64,000 bases of DNA from an uncultured Clostridium sp. (GCA_900539185.1 UQBG01000012.1:4910-68909), one strand, 5' to 3'; shown: positions 40,574-51,562, counted from the stretch's first letter. The notes: generated by a model from the letters alone, not told the origin. Translations and numbers: made by a program.

Positions 40574-42226
40574 TTAATTGTCCCATTGCTGTAAGGTACT
40601 TACAAGAAGTGGGACAATCTGTTTTTTGCGGGACACAACACCCGGAAGATAGCAGGCATTTCCGGTAGGATCCAGTTGAAAGGCCTCTCGTACCAGTGCC
40701 TCGGATTGTTCACCATAGAAGAGCATCGTGGAGGATTCCTCCAGAATATTCGTCATGACAAAGAAGATCATATCACACTTGGTTGTAGGATAGGATTGCG
40801 CCAGATAGGCATCCAGCTCCTGTTGGAGACGTGTAAGTTCCTGCTGGTTCATGGAACTGATCTGTGCAACTCCGAATGTAGTATCTCCGACCTGGAAGGT
40901 TTTGAAATCCTGATAGAAGATCTCTTCCGGTGATTTGCCAACCAGATCGCTGCCGGCAGCAAACATTTCCATTGCGTAGGTTTCGATATCAATATCGGCC
41001 AGAGCAGATAGTGCCCGGGCGGCAGACTCATCCATAGGGGTGCAGGTCGGAGAGCGGAACATCAGGGTATCAGAGAGAATCGCAGAGCATAGAAGTCCGG
41101 CAATCGCCTTTGGCGGTGTCACACCCTGTTCCTGATACATTTGATAAATGATGGTTCCGGTACAGCCAACCGGTTGATTGCGGAAGTATACGGGATTGAT
41201 CGTCTCCAGAGAACCGATGCGATGGTGATCAATGATCTCCATGATCTCAGCATTTTCAATCCCACTGACGGCCTGGGAACGTTCGTTATGGTCGACCAGA
41301 ATCACCTGTTTTCTGCGCATGGCTAAGAGGTTTCGTCTGGAGACCATACCATAGTAGTTTCCGACATCATCCGTGATCGGGAAGTCCCGGTGGCGAAGCT
41401 TAGACATGATTTCCTTTGCACTGTCTAAAGAGTCATCGAGCTGAAAGGTTACCAGATTCGAATGACGCATGAAGTACTTGATCGGAATGCACTGGTTAAT
41501 CATACGAGCAGCGGAATATGTGTCCAGATATGTGGTTATAATAGAACACTGCTTTTCTTCTGCCATATGTATGATCTCAGGTGAAACCTTTGCATTCAGG
41601 CAGACAATCAGACAGGAAGCACCATGCTCAATGGCTTCACACTGAACATCTTCTCGATCGGCGGCGATGACGATATCATCTTCTTCGATACTGGCTTCTA
41701 TGATATCTCGATTGGCGGCTCCGATCATGACCTTTCCGTTTATGATTCTGGCGTGTGGATTACCACAGATCAAAGTCCCTTCCAGAACCTCGATCAGGTT
41801 GCTGAGCGGTGTCCGGGCCAGACCGAGGATGTGATTATCCAAAACATCCATATAGGAGCGGGCGATATCATTAATGGTGATTAATCCCTCCAGCTTGTTG
41901 CCACCCTGTGTGATAGGCAGAGTGACCACATCCAGTTCACGCATGAGCAGCCAGGCATTTCGGATGGAAATGGTATCGGCAACCCCCTGTGTCTCGCGGA
42001 AGTCGATATCCCGCATTTGTACATCGACATTTTCCAGATAGTCAGGAGCATCAACACCAAAGTAGTCCAGAACAAAGGAGGTTTCGTTGTTGATATTACC
42101 GGCCCGGCGGGCGGTATAATGTCCCGGTTGTTCTATATTTTTCAGATAAGCATAAGCGATGGCGGAACAGATGGAGTCTGTGTCCGGATTCTTGTGCCCG
42201 ATTACATATATCGTTCGTTGATCCAT
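40574..42226 (-). CDS. CBS-domain-containing manganese-dependent inorganic pyrophosphatase (DHH-CBS-DRTGG-DHHA2)
   Basis: 550 aa. N-terminal DHH (IGHKNPDTDS). Middle CBS pair. C-terminal DHHA2-like. Confidence 0.7.
   Translation of the reverse strand: MDQRTIYVIGHKNPDTDSICSAIAYAYLKNIEQPGHYTARRAGNINNETSFVLDYFGVDAPDYLENVDVQMRDIDFRETQGVADTISIRNAWLLMRELDVVTLPITQGGNKLEGLITINDIARSYMDVLDNHILGLARTPLSNLIEVLEGTLICGNPHARIINGKVMIGAANRDIIEASIEEDDIVIAADREDVQCEAIEHGASCLIVCLNAKVSPEIIHMAEEKQCSIITTYLDTYSAARMINQCIPIKYFMRHSNLVTFQLDDSLDSAKEIMSKLRHRDFPITDDVGNYYGMVSRRNLLAMRRKQVILVDHNERSQAVSGIENAEIMEIIDHHRIGSLETINPVYFRNQPVGCTGTIIYQMYQEQGVTPPKAIAGLLCSAILSDTLMFRSPTCTPMDESAARALSALADIDIETYAMEMFAAGSDLVGKSPEEIFYQDFKTFQVGDTTFGVAQISSMNQQELTRLQQELDAYLAQSYPTTKCDMIFFVMTNILEESSTMLFYGEQSEALVREAFQLDPTGNACYLPGVVSRKKQIVPLLVSTLQQWDN
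40578..40628 (+). terminator. Intrinsic terminator of the 40337 gene (overlaps 3' end of convergent CBS-PPase gene)
   Basis: Stem ATTGTCCCA / TGGGACAAT followed by CTGTTTTTTG. Confidence 0.55.
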
Positions 42227-42296
42227 AGTACACCTCGATTCAATAGCATGTTAACCGTTTTATTTGTGCAAAAATGTAATTTCAGTATACATGATT

Positions 42297-42695
42297 TTAG
42301 GGCTTTTTCCAAATAAATTTAATCCCATTCAGGATGATAAGAATTCCGCAAAAGATGAAAAACAGGCAAATGCCCAGAACAGAAGTTACCATCTTTAAGC
42401 TTTCATATTCGGACGGATGAAGGATCGTATACCAGCCGAGACCGCCACCGGCGATCAGAAAGAGAGCTCCGATAAAAATGTATATGATGCAGAAAATAAT
42501 ATCTCGTACCGTTCGACCGGCTTTTTTAATTGTTTCGGAAGCAGAGGCAGGTGCCTGTTGCCCGGAAGCATGAGGAGAGTAGAAAATGTGCTCCGAATCA
42601 GTATCGGAGGCGGATGGTTTATGGGAAGGTGAAGGCTGTTGGGACGATGGTTCGTCCGGATGATAGGAATATGGGTTGTTTGACTGATTTTCCAT
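42297..42695 (-). CDS. Hypothetical small membrane protein
   Basis: Trimmed to the ATG at 42695 (MENQSNNPY), which has a GGAG RBS. P/S-rich N-terminus, two predicted TM segments. Confidence 0.45.
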   Translation of the reverse strand: MENQSNNPYSYHPDEPSSQQPSPSHKPSASDTDSEHIFYSPHASGQQAPASASETIKKAGRTVRDIIFCIIYIFIGALFLIAGGGLGWYTILHPSEYESLKMVTSVLGICLFFIFCGILIILNGIKFIWKKP

Positions 42696-42808
42696 GAAGG
42701 CTCCTTTCCTTTGACATCTATATACATGGGTTGTATAGTATCGTACAGAATCTATAATAAATGCATCATAACATACGTAGAAACCGGCATCAAGGAGGCT
42801 GTAAGCAT

Positions 42809-44191
42809 ATGGAACGTACAAAGGAAGAAAATAGAGAGCTGGCAGAGGCTCCGGTAATGAGACTGCTGCTCCGGCTGGCGATACCGACGGTGATCGCGCA
42901 GTTGGTCAACCTGTTATACAATATGGTAGACCGTATCTATGTAGGACGGATTCCGGAGGTGGGGACGCAGGCACTGGCGGGCTTGGGTGTTACATTTCCG
43001 ATTGTAATGCTGGTATCGGCGGCATCTGCATTGTCAGGGATGGGAGGAGCATCCAGAGCGGCGATCGCCATGGGAAAGGGCAATCATGAGAAGGCAGAGA
43101 AGTATCTGGGAAATGCAACTCTGGTTCTGGTGCTTCTGGCGATTGTTCTGACGGTGGTATTTCAGATCACGAAGAATCCGATTCTGATGGCCTTTGGTGC
43201 CAGTGAAGCAACGCTGCCATATGCAAGCAGTTATTTGTCCATTTATCTTTTGGGAACCATATTTGTCCAGATTTCTCTGGGACTGAATATGTTTATAACG
43301 AATCAGGGGTTTGCGAAGACCAGTATGGCTACCGTGTGCATAGGGGCGGTGCTGAATATTATTCTGGATCCGATCTTCATCTTTGGATGCCGCATGGGCG
43401 TGCGGGGAGCAGCACTGGCAACCGTCCTGAGTCAGGCAGTGTCCGCAGTATGGGTGCTTCAGTTCCTGACCGGAAAAAAGACGATCCTTCGTCTGCAGAT
43501 ACGATATATGAAGCCGGAGGGCAGAATCATCGGATCGATGCTGGCACTGGGGGTATCGCCATTTATTATGCAGTCAACGGAAAGTCTGATCCAGTTGATC
43601 TTCAATACAGGTATGCAGACCTATGGAAATGATGTGTATGTGGCAGTGATGTCCATCTTATTCAGTATTATGCAGATTGTCTGGCTGCCGATTCAGGGGT
43701 TTGCACAGGGAGCACAGCCAATCGTTAGTTATAACTACGGAGCCGGGAATATTGACCGAGTCAAGAAGTGCTTTCGGATACTTTTTACAATATGTATTAG
43801 TTTCTCCGTGGGAATTGTTGTATTGATCGAGCTGATTCCGCAGGTGTTTATCGGAATCTTTACGCCGGATGCTGCCGTGATTGAAATCGGGACACCGGCA
43901 CTTCGGGTATTTATGATCGGCATGAGTCTGATGGGAGCACAGTGTGCCTGCCAGCAGACCTTTTTAGCACTGGGTGAGTCGTTGATTTCTATGTTTCTGG
44001 CGCTGCTTCGGAAGGTGATCCTTTTGGCACCGCTGGCACTGCTGCTTCCAGTCTGGACCGGATGGGGTGTATGGGGGCTGTTTATAGCGGAACCGGTGAG
44101 TGATATTCTGGCGGTGTGTACGACGGTTACCATGTTTGTGTTTCGTAGTCGGAAGCTGTGGAAACAGGCAGAAAAAAGTGCTTGCATATAA
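42809..44191 (+). CDS. MATE-family multidrug/oligosaccharidyl-lipid efflux transporter
   Basis: Trimmed to the ATG at 42809 (MERTKEEN). 12-TM profile with MATE-like repeats. Confidence 0.8.
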   Translation: MERTKEENRELAEAPVMRLLLRLAIPTVIAQLVNLLYNMVDRIYVGRIPEVGTQALAGLGVTFPIVMLVSAASALSGMGGASRAAIAMGKGNHEKAEKYLGNATLVLVLLAIVLTVVFQITKNPILMAFGASEATLPYASSYLSIYLLGTIFVQISLGLNMFITNQGFAKTSMATVCIGAVLNIILDPIFIFGCRMGVRGAALATVLSQAVSAVWVLQFLTGKKTILRLQIRYMKPEGRIIGSMLALGVSPFIMQSTESLIQLIFNTGMQTYGNDVYVAVMSILFSIMQIVWLPIQGFAQGAQPIVSYNYGAGNIDRVKKCFRILFTICISFSVGIVVLIELIPQVFIGIFTPDAAVIEIGTPALRVFMIGMSLMGAQCACQQTFLALGESLISMFLALLRKVILLAPLALLLPVWTGWGVWGLFIAEPVSDILAVCTTVTMFVFRSRKLWKQAEKSACI

Positions 44192-44317
44192 GGAAAGACT
44201 GTGTTATTTTTTTGCTGAGTGGTATTCGAGATGCAGGAACGAAAGGGATTTCAGAGCCTGCGAGAAATCACATCGGGATAATGTGCCATCGGCGACAAAA
44301 GAGAAAGAGGTGATGGC

Positions 44318-45154
44318 ATGGATATAGGAATCATAGGTGCCGGCAAGGTGGGCTGCTCCATGGGAAAGTATGCGAGACAGCACTGGTTACCGGTAGCGGG
44401 ATACTATAGTAAAACAAAACAGAGTGCTATGGAGGCAGCGGAGTTTACCCGCACCGAGTGCTTTGAAGATTTAACAGATATTATATTGGCAAGCGATACC
44501 CTGTGGATCGCCACACCGGATGATACGATCCGGAAAGTATGGGATTGCATTGCAAAGTATGACATTCAAGATTATATAATTTGCCATTTTAGCGGCTCAT
44601 TATCATCCGATGTTTTTTCCGGGATCGAAAAGAAGAAGGCACATCCGTGTTCGATCCATCCGATATACGCATTCAGCGATAAGAACACTTCCTATCAGAA
44701 ATTAAATGAGGCATATTTCACCATAGAGGGTGATGATTATGCGGTTGAACACATGACGGCACTGCTTAAGAAAATGGGGAATCCTGTAACACGGATTCGT
44801 CCGGATCGGAAGGCACTGTATCATAGTGCGGCATCTCTGGTCAGTAATCATGTACTGGGAGTGATTCATGCAGGAATCCAGATCATGGAGGAATGTGGGT
44901 TTTCCAGAGAAGAGGCGTATCAGGCATTGACGCCGTTGATTCTGAACAATGTCGAAACTGCCTGCGAGAAAGGATGCAGGGCAGCACTGACCGGGCCGAT
45001 CGAACGGAACGATGTGAAGACGGTAGATCGTCATCTGGAAGCATTGACCGGAACGGCCAGAGACATCTATGAGAGCGTGGGAAGTGAACTGGTGATCATG
45101 GCGAAGGAGAAGCACCCGGAGCGCGATTACAGTAGTATGGAATTAAGATTTTGA
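44318..45154 (+). CDS. Rossmann-fold NAD(P)-binding protein, DUF2520-like; putative PanG-type ketopantoate reductase
   Basis: N-terminal [10 protein letters not shown] dinucleotide-binding motif. Sits immediately upstream of panB-panC-panD. Confidence 0.5.
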   Translation: MDIGIIGAGKVGCSMGKYARQHWLPVAGYYSKTKQSAMEAAEFTRTECFEDLTDIILASDTLWIATPDDTIRKVWDCIAKYDIQDYIICHFSGSLSSDVFSGIEKKKAHPCSIHPIYAFSDKNTSYQKLNEAYFTIEGDDYAVEHMTALLKKMGNPVTRIRPDRKALYHSAASLVSNHVLGVIHAGIQIMEECGFSREEAYQALTPLILNNVETACEKGCRAALTGPIERNDVKTVDRHLEALTGTARDIYESVGSELVIMAKEKHPERDYSSMELRF

Positions 45155-45170
45155 TTGGAGTATAAGGAAT

Positions 45171-45998
45171 ATGAAGAATACGGTAGTAACATTTCAGAAA
45201 GCAAAGCAGGAGGGAAAGCGGATCTCCATGCTGACAGCATATGATTATTCTACAGCAAAGCTGGAGGATGAAGCCGGTATACAGGGAATTCTGGTAGGAG
45301 ATTCTCTGGGAAATGTCATTCTGGGGTATGAGGACACCATTGCAGTCACGATGGAGGATATGATTCATCATGGTGCGGCAGTAGCCAGAGGAGCAAAGAA
45401 TGCGCTGGTGGTTGTAGATATGCCGTTTATGTCTTATCAGGTATCTGTGGAAGAGGCAGTGAAAAATGCAGGCCGGTTGATGAAAGAGGCACATGCGGGG
45501 GCTGTAAAGCTGGAAGGTGGAGAGGCCGTTTGCCCGCAAATCCGGGCCATCGTAAATGCAGGAATTCCGGTTATGGCACATCTGGGGTTAACACCACAGT
45601 CCATTCATGCATTTGGTGGTTTTAAGGTGCAGGGAAAGACAGAGGCAGCAGCAAAGAAACTGTTAGAAGATGCACATAGGGTGCAGGAGGCAGGTGCGTT
45701 TGCACTGACACTGGAGGCTGTTCCGAGTAAGCTGGCGAGTATGATTACGGAACAGTTGGATATACCGACGATCGGAATCGGTGCGGGCAATGGATGTGAT
45801 GGACAGATTCTGGTATATCAGGATATGCTGGGAATGTTTTCAGACTTTACACCGAAGTTTGTAAAGCGATATGCAAATGTAGGAGAGGTTATGAAGGATG
45901 CCTTCCGGGGATATATCGAGGAGGTAGAGTCCGGTGCATTTCCTTCAAAGGAAAATGAGTATAGTGTAGACGATAGTGTAATCGAGAAGCTGTACTAG
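45171..45998 (+). CDS. panB: 3-methyl-2-oxobutanoate hydroxymethyltransferase
   Basis: 275 aa. KPHMT motifs, including the GxxVxxD motif [11 protein letters not shown]. Confidence 0.9.
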   Translation: MKNTVVTFQKAKQEGKRISMLTAYDYSTAKLEDEAGIQGILVGDSLGNVILGYEDTIAVTMEDMIHHGAAVARGAKNALVVVDMPFMSYQVSVEEAVKNAGRLMKEAHAGAVKLEGGEAVCPQIRAIVNAGIPVMAHLGLTPQSIHAFGGFKVQGKTEAAAKKLLEDAHRVQEAGAFALTLEAVPSKLASMITEQLDIPTIGIGAGNGCDGQILVYQDMLGMFSDFTPKFVKRYANVGEVMKDAFRGYIEEVESGAFPSKENEYSVDDSVIEKLY

Positions 45999-46054
45999 AG
46001 AAGTAGAAGTATAAAAAGGAACCTGTAAAATACGGGAAGAAAAAGGAGCGTACT

Positions 46055-46903
46055 ATGGAAATCGTAAAAACAGTAGAAGAAGTCAGAGCACAGGTAAAAC
46101 AGTGGAGAGCGGAAGGACTTTCAGTCGGTCTGGTTCCGACAATGGGCTATCTGCATAAGGGGCATCGGAGTCTGATCGAGCGGGCAGCCAAGGAGAATGA
46201 TCGCGTGGTTGTCAGTGTATTTGTGAATCCGATTCAGTTCGGACCAAAGGAGGATTTGGCAAGCTATCCAAGAGATATCGAGCGGGATAAGGTACTGTGT
46301 AAGTCAGCAGGTGCGGATCTGATCTTCCATCCAACACCGGATGATATGTATACAAAGAATTTTTCTACCTTTATTGATATGGATACCATGACAAAGGGAC
46401 TGTGTGGTAAGACACGCCCGATTCATTTCCGTGGAGTCTGCACCGTTGTAGGTAAGCTGTTCAATATCGTACAGCCGGATCGGGCATATTTTGGAGAGAA
46501 GGATGCACAGCAGTTAGCAGTGATCCGTCATATGGTAGAGGATCTGAACTTCAACCTGGAGGTTGTAGGATGTCCGATCATCCGGGAAGATGACGGACTG
46601 GCAAAGAGTTCGCGAAATACGTATTTAAGTCCGGAAGAGAGAAAGGCTGCAACGATTCTTTATAAGGGTCTGGAAAAAGGACGGGAACTGTTTGAGGCCG
46701 GTGAACGGGATGCAGAGGTGATCAAGCAGGCAGTAACGGAAGTGATCGAATCAGAACCATTAGCAAAGATTGATTACGTAGAGATCGTAGACTGGAAGAC
46801 ACTGGATCCTGTAAAGAAGATCTTTGATCCTGTATTAAATGCGGTTGCTGTCTATATCGGAAAGACTCGGCTAATCGATAATCACATTTACAAAGAGGTA
46901 TAA
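46055..46903 (+). CDS. panC: Pantoate--beta-alanine ligase
   Basis: 282 aa with HIGH-like PTMGYLHKGH. Confidence 0.9.
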   Translation: MEIVKTVEEVRAQVKQWRAEGLSVGLVPTMGYLHKGHRSLIERAAKENDRVVVSVFVNPIQFGPKEDLASYPRDIERDKVLCKSAGADLIFHPTPDDMYTKNFSTFIDMDTMTKGLCGKTRPIHFRGVCTVVGKLFNIVQPDRAYFGEKDAQQLAVIRHMVEDLNFNLEVVGCPIIREDDGLAKSSRNTYLSPEERKAATILYKGLEKGRELFEAGERDAEVIKQAVTEVIESEPLAKIDYVEIVDWKTLDPVKKIFDPVLNAVAVYIGKTRLIDNHIYKEV

Positions 46904-46906
46904 TCT

Positions 46907-47290
46907 ATGACTATTACAATGTTAAAAGCGAAGATCCACCGGGCAGTGGTGGTACAAGCGGAATTGAACTATGTTGGAAGTATTACGATTGATGCAGCGT
47001 TAATGGAGGCGGCCGGGATCCTGGAATATGAGAAGGTTCAGATCGCAGATGTCGAGAGTGGAACCCGATTTGAAACATATGTAATCGCAGGAGAGGCCGG
47101 TTCCGGTATGATCTGTCTGAATGGAGCAGCAGCCCGTCAGGTACAGGTCGGCGATCATGTGATTATTATGGCATATGCAGATATGACACCGGAGGAGGCT
47201 CGTCAGGCGAAGCCACAGGTGGTATTTGTAGATGAGAAGAACCGGATTAAGAGAATTGCACAGTATGAAAAGCATGGAGAACTAAGCTAG
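46907..47290 (+). CDS. panD: Aspartate 1-decarboxylase
   Basis: 127 aa with pyruvoyl-forming G-S (YVGSITID) region. Confidence 0.9.
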   Translation: MTITMLKAKIHRAVVVQAELNYVGSITIDAALMEAAGILEYEKVQIADVESGTRFETYVIAGEAGSGMICLNGAAARQVQVGDHVIIMAYADMTPEEARQAKPQVVFVDEKNRIKRIAQYEKHGELS

Positions 47291-47315
47291 AAGCAATCAA
47301 AAAGAATAGATGAAG

Positions 47316-47375
47316 AAAACCCCTCTGATAAAACAGATCGATCATAAAATCGTCTTATCAGAGGGGGTTTTCTAT
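47316..47375. terminator. Strong bidirectional intrinsic terminator (panD / nicotinamidase-like gene)
   Basis: 16-bp stem AAAACCCCTCTGATAA / TTATCAGAGGGGGTTTT with A-run before and T-run after. Confidence 0.8.
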
Positions 47376-47411
47376 GTTTCATATGCCTTAGAGTGCCTTG
47401 CGGTACAGGCA

Positions 47412-47930
47412 TTAAAGAGATTCGTCACCGGTAATGTCAATCTGACACATCTTCATCGTTTCCAGTGCGGCACGGTGTGTCCCCGGTGTGACACCGGCAC
47501 AGCAGCGGGCATCTACAGTGATGGTAAGTGCCGGGTAGGTGGCTTTGAGGATCAGGGCATTCGATACGACACAGATATCGGTACAGAGTCCTACAAGTTC
47601 GATATCATCGTCAAAGGCTTCCTCCGCCCAGTGTGTCCATCCGAAACTTGGCTTGTTGATATATCTGCAGCCATCGACTTCCAGACCGTCTGCAATCTCC
47701 CAGCCATGAGTGCCCTCGATGCAATGCTCGACCGGAAGCTTCTTTCCCTCCGGAGTGTTCAGATAATCGGTCTGATGGGTGTCTCTGGTAAAAATGATGG
47801 GATCTCCTTGTTCCAGATAATGCCAGATCTTTTCACGGACATTTGGAACGATCGCCTGTGCCTCCGGGGTTCCCAGGGAACCATCGATAAAGTCATTTTG
47901 CATATCTACAACAATTAGTGTTTTGCTCAT
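47412..47930 (-). CDS. Isochorismatase-family cysteine hydrolase, nicotinamidase PncA-like
   Basis: Trimmed to the ATG at 47930 (MSKTLIVVDMQNDF), which has an AAGGAGAGG RBS. Catalytic D, K and C (GLCTDICV). Confidence 0.7.
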   Translation of the reverse strand: MSKTLIVVDMQNDFIDGSLGTPEAQAIVPNVREKIWHYLEQGDPIIFTRDTHQTDYLNTPEGKKLPVEHCIEGTHGWEIADGLEVDGCRYINKPSFGWTHWAEEAFDDDIELVGLCTDICVVSNALILKATYPALTITVDARCCAGVTPGTHRAALETMKMCQIDITGDESL

Positions 47931-48126
47931 CTGAGTCCTCTCCTTTATTGCATACTTTATAAATGGATGTATTCTGATACAGCCTGCTATCCTGCATATT
48001 ATACCATGGATATGCAAAACGATAACAGAGATTTTGCAACAGATTGTTTAAAGAAGAGAAACAACATGGTATAGTTAGAATTGAAAACGCGGATAATCGA
48101 AAAGTGACAGGAGGATTTAGTAGATT

Positions 48127-49317
48127 ATGTTAACTGGAAAGACAGTGGTGCTGGGTGTGACCGGTAGTATCGCAGCTTATAAAATGGCGAATCTGACGAG
48201 TATGCTGGTGAAGCAGCATGCAGATGTCTATGTGCTGATGACGAAAAATGCGACAAACTTTATCCACCCGATTACATTTGAAACCCTGACAAATCATAAG
48301 ACTTTGGTTGATACCTTTGACCGAAACTTTAATTATAATATCGAGCATGTTTCACTGGCAAAAAAGGCAGATGTGGTTCTGGTGGCACCGGCATCTGCAA
48401 ATGTGATCGGAAAGATCGCAAACGGAATCGCAGATGATATGCTGACAACGACAGTCATGGCATGCAAGTGTAAGAAGCTGATTGCACCGGCTATGAATAC
48501 ACAGATGTTTGAAAATCCAATCGTACAGGATAACCTAAAGAAACTCGAACATTATGATATGACAGTGATCCAGCCGGATGTGGGACTGCTGGCATGCAAG
48601 GATGTAGGAGCCGGAAAGCTGCCATCGGAACAGGTACTGATGGACTATATTCTGCGTGAGATTCGATATGAAAAGGATATGGCAGGCAAGAAGGTTCTGG
48701 TAACGGCAGGTCCTACAGTAGAGCGTATTGATCCGGTGCGGTATATCAGTAATCATTCAACCGGAAAGATGGGTTATGCGATCGCACGGGTAGCGATGGA
48801 GCGTGGAGCGGATGTGACACTGATCAGTGGACCGGTCAGCATTGCACCGCCTCCGTTTGTCAGGGTTGTACCGGTAGAAAGCGCCGAGGATATGTTCCGG
48901 GCAGTTCAGAAGAATAGTGAAGAGGCAGATATAATTATAAAGGCGGCAGCTGTGGCAGACTATACACCGGAAACGGTGGCAGCAGAGAAGATCAAGAAAT
49001 CGGAAGATGACAGTGAGCTAAAACTGGTTCGGACGACGGATATCCTGAAGTGGCTGGGAGAGCATCGGCATGCCGGACAGTTTCTGTGTGGGTTTTCTAT
49101 GGAGACGGAGCATATGCTTGAAAATTCCAGAGCAAAGCTGGAGAAAAAGAAGATCGATATGATCGTTGCAAACAATCTGAAGGTAGCAGGTGCAGGCTTT
49201 GGTGTGGATACGAATGTGGTGACGATCATAACAAAGGATGATGTACAGGAGCTGCCGCAGATGAGCAAGGAACTGGTGGCAGAGAAACTGCTGGATCAGA
49301 TAGTAAAAAGCCTGTAA
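48127..49317 (+). CDS. coaBC: Bifunctional phosphopantothenoylcysteine decarboxylase / phosphopantothenate--cysteine ligase
   Basis: 396 aa with flavoprotein N-domain and CoaB C-domain. Confidence 0.9.
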   Translation: MLTGKTVVLGVTGSIAAYKMANLTSMLVKQHADVYVLMTKNATNFIHPITFETLTNHKTLVDTFDRNFNYNIEHVSLAKKADVVLVAPASANVIGKIANGIADDMLTTTVMACKCKKLIAPAMNTQMFENPIVQDNLKKLEHYDMTVIQPDVGLLACKDVGAGKLPSEQVLMDYILREIRYEKDMAGKKVLVTAGPTVERIDPVRYISNHSTGKMGYAIARVAMERGADVTLISGPVSIAPPPFVRVVPVESAEDMFRAVQKNSEEADIIIKAAAVADYTPETVAAEKIKKSEDDSELKLVRTTDILKWLGEHRHAGQFLCGFSMETEHMLENSRAKLEKKKIDMIVANNLKVAGAGFGVDTNVVTIITKDDVQELPQMSKELVAEKLLDQIVKSL

Positions 49318-49362
49318 GAAACGCAAGGAAGAACCGGAAAAAATGGAAGGAGGCAGAGGACT

Positions 49363-50238
49363 ATGCGGATAGGAGCATTGGAAGCCGGAGGTACAAAGAT
49401 GGTATGTGCGATAGGGGATGAGCATGGCCGGATTGAGGAGCAGAGATCCATCCCGACGCGTACACCGGAGGAAACGATGCCGGAATTAATTGCATACTTT
49501 CAGAAGAAAAATATAGAGGTATTGGGGGTCGCAGCTTTTGGACCTGTAGGAGTAAATCCGGATGCACCGAAATATGGGTGGATTCTGGATACATCGAAGC
49601 TGGCATGGAGACAGTATCCATTATTGGAAAAGCTTCAGACGGCACTATCGGTTCCGATTGGTCTGGATACGGATGTAAATGGTTCCTGTCTGGGAGAAAT
49701 GACATATGGAGCAGCGAAGGGACTGAAGAATGTGATCTATATTACAGTCGGAACCGGTATCGGTGCCGGAATCGCAGTAGATGGAAAACTGATTCATGGT
49801 ATGCTACATCCGGAGGCAGGGCACATTCTGATCGCACCACAGACAGGGGATGAAGAGCATTGTATTTGTCCGTATCATACGCATTGTCTGGAGGGACTGG
49901 CAGCAGGCCCTTCAATCGAAAAACGTTGGGGAAAGAAAGCAACAGAGCTGGCTGATCGAGCCGAGGTCTGGGAGCTGGAGAGTGAATATCTGGCACAGGC
50001 GATTGTAAATTATATTATGTTGGTATCTCCGCAGCGGATCATAATGGGCGGAGGTGTGATGCATCAACAGCAGTTGTTCCCGCTGATCCGCAGAAAGGTA
50101 TTGGAAAAGGTCAATGGGTATATACAGACACCAGAATTAAAAGACATGGAACATTATATTGTGCCGGCCAGCCTAAAGGATAATCAGGGCATCATGGGAT
50201 GTTTGCGGTTGGGAGAACTGGCATATCAGAGTAAATAA
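49363..50238 (+). CDS. ROK-family sugar kinase (fructokinase-like)
   Basis: 291 aa. N-terminal ATP motif LEAGGTK. ROK zinc motif HCICPYHTHCLE. Confidence 0.75.
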   Translation: MRIGALEAGGTKMVCAIGDEHGRIEEQRSIPTRTPEETMPELIAYFQKKNIEVLGVAAFGPVGVNPDAPKYGWILDTSKLAWRQYPLLEKLQTALSVPIGLDTDVNGSCLGEMTYGAAKGLKNVIYITVGTGIGAGIAVDGKLIHGMLHPEAGHILIAPQTGDEEHCICPYHTHCLEGLAAGPSIEKRWGKKATELADRAEVWELESEYLAQAIVNYIMLVSPQRIIMGGGVMHQQQLFPLIRRKVLEKVNGYIQTPELKDMEHYIVPASLKDNQGIMGCLRLGELAYQSK

Positions 50239-50453
50239 GAAAAACAGCGAAAATTAAAAGCAGGCTCCGTATATACGGAGCCCGCAAAAATGAGGGGGAG
50301 AGAGAGGATTCAAATATATGAAAACTCTTTACGATTATTAAGATACTGCTTAAATGTGTTCATTCTGTGTCGAAAGAATAAAGAAAATGAAAACTTTCAG
50401 AAAATAAATAGAAACTATAAAAATGAGAACCGTGTAAGAGACAGGAGAACGGA

Positions 50454-51221
50454 ATGGGAAAAGTGTATAAATTCTGGATGGGATTGTTGGCGATAATAGG
50501 AAGTATCAGTATGGGATACTTTTTGTTATTGTGGATCTGTCTGGGAAGCATTTCTACCTATAATTTTATATGGTTGTGCCTGACAGTGCTTTGTGCAGGG
50601 CTGATGATGGCTGTTTATCACTATGGGAGAAACGGGCAGATTCCTCCCAAGTGGGTTGTGATCCCGGTAGAGATTCTGGTGGGAATCAGTTGTCTGATAT
50701 TCATTATAGTGGAAACGTTTATTATCCATGCCGGGCATCAGAAGGCAGAGGCAGGTGCGGATTATCTGATTATCTTGGGAGCAAAGGTAAATGGCACACA
50801 TCCATCACTGATTTTAAAGTATCGGATTCAGGCAGGCGTGGAATACTTAAAACAGAACCCGGATACCCGGGTGATCGCAAGTGGCGGACAGGGATCCGAT
50901 GAGGGAATCTCGGAGGCACAGTGCATCTATGAGCAGTTGATCGCACAGGGAATCGATGCGGATCGGATCTATCTGGAGGATCAGTCTACGAGTACCCGAG
51001 AGAATCTGGAATATTCAGCACGGTATTTGGATCGGCAGCAGGACCGGGTGGTGATTGCAACGACGGATTTTCACCTGTTTCGGGCGATGCGTCTGGCGAA
51101 GAAATGTGGATATGAGCAGGTGAGCGGAACTCCGGCAAAATCGGTCTGGTGGCTGGTCCCTACGAACTATACACGGGAATGTCTGGCAGTACTCAAGGAT
51201 CTGATCTGTGGAAATATATAA
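50454..51221 (+). CDS. YdcF/ElyC-like DUF218 membrane protein
   Basis: 255 aa with N-terminal TM segments and a DUF218-like ILGA ... SGGQG core. Confidence 0.6.
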   Translation: MGKVYKFWMGLLAIIGSISMGYFLLLWICLGSISTYNFIWLCLTVLCAGLMMAVYHYGRNGQIPPKWVVIPVEILVGISCLIFIIVETFIIHAGHQKAEAGADYLIILGAKVNGTHPSLILKYRIQAGVEYLKQNPDTRVIASGGQGSDEGISEAQCIYEQLIAQGIDADRIYLEDQSTSTRENLEYSARYLDRQQDRVVIATTDFHLFRAMRLAKKCGYEQVSGTPAKSVWWLVPTNYTRECLAVLKDLICGNI

Positions 51222-51293
51222 TCAATGCTTGCGTTGCCGGATAGGGTGTATTATATTATAGAAGAAACACACGGTTGTAAGGAGGACTTAGAT

Positions 51294-51506
51294 ATGGCAC
51301 AGGTAGTAACGAAGGATATGATAATCGCTGATATTCTGGCAGTTGATCCGGGAAATGCAGCAATCTTAATGGCAGCAGGTATGCACTGCATCGGATGTCC
51401 GGCGTCCCAGGGCGAGCCGCTGGAGGAAGCATGCATGGTACATGGAATGGATGTAGATGAGGTACTAGATCAGATCAACGAGTATCTGGCAAAGAAAGAA
51501 CAGTAG
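51294..51506 (+). CDS. DUF1858-like small redox/disulfide-domain protein
   Basis: Trimmed to the ATG at 51294, which has an AAGGAGG RBS. CIGCP motif. Confidence 0.5.
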   Translation: MAQVVTKDMIIADILAVDPGNAAILMAAGMHCIGCPASQGEPLEEACMVHGMDVDEVLDQINEYLAKKEQ

Positions 51507-51562
51507 ACAATATATACAAATCAAATTGTTGAAAATAGCCAAAGGGAAACCGGGCAATTTTC

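Noticed and set aside
47310-47918. 202-aa plus-strand ORF overlapping the nicotinamidase-like gene
   Set aside because: It lies entirely antisense to a well-supported isochorismatase-family CDS. It starts inside the panD terminator hairpin and has no RBS or recognisable domain.
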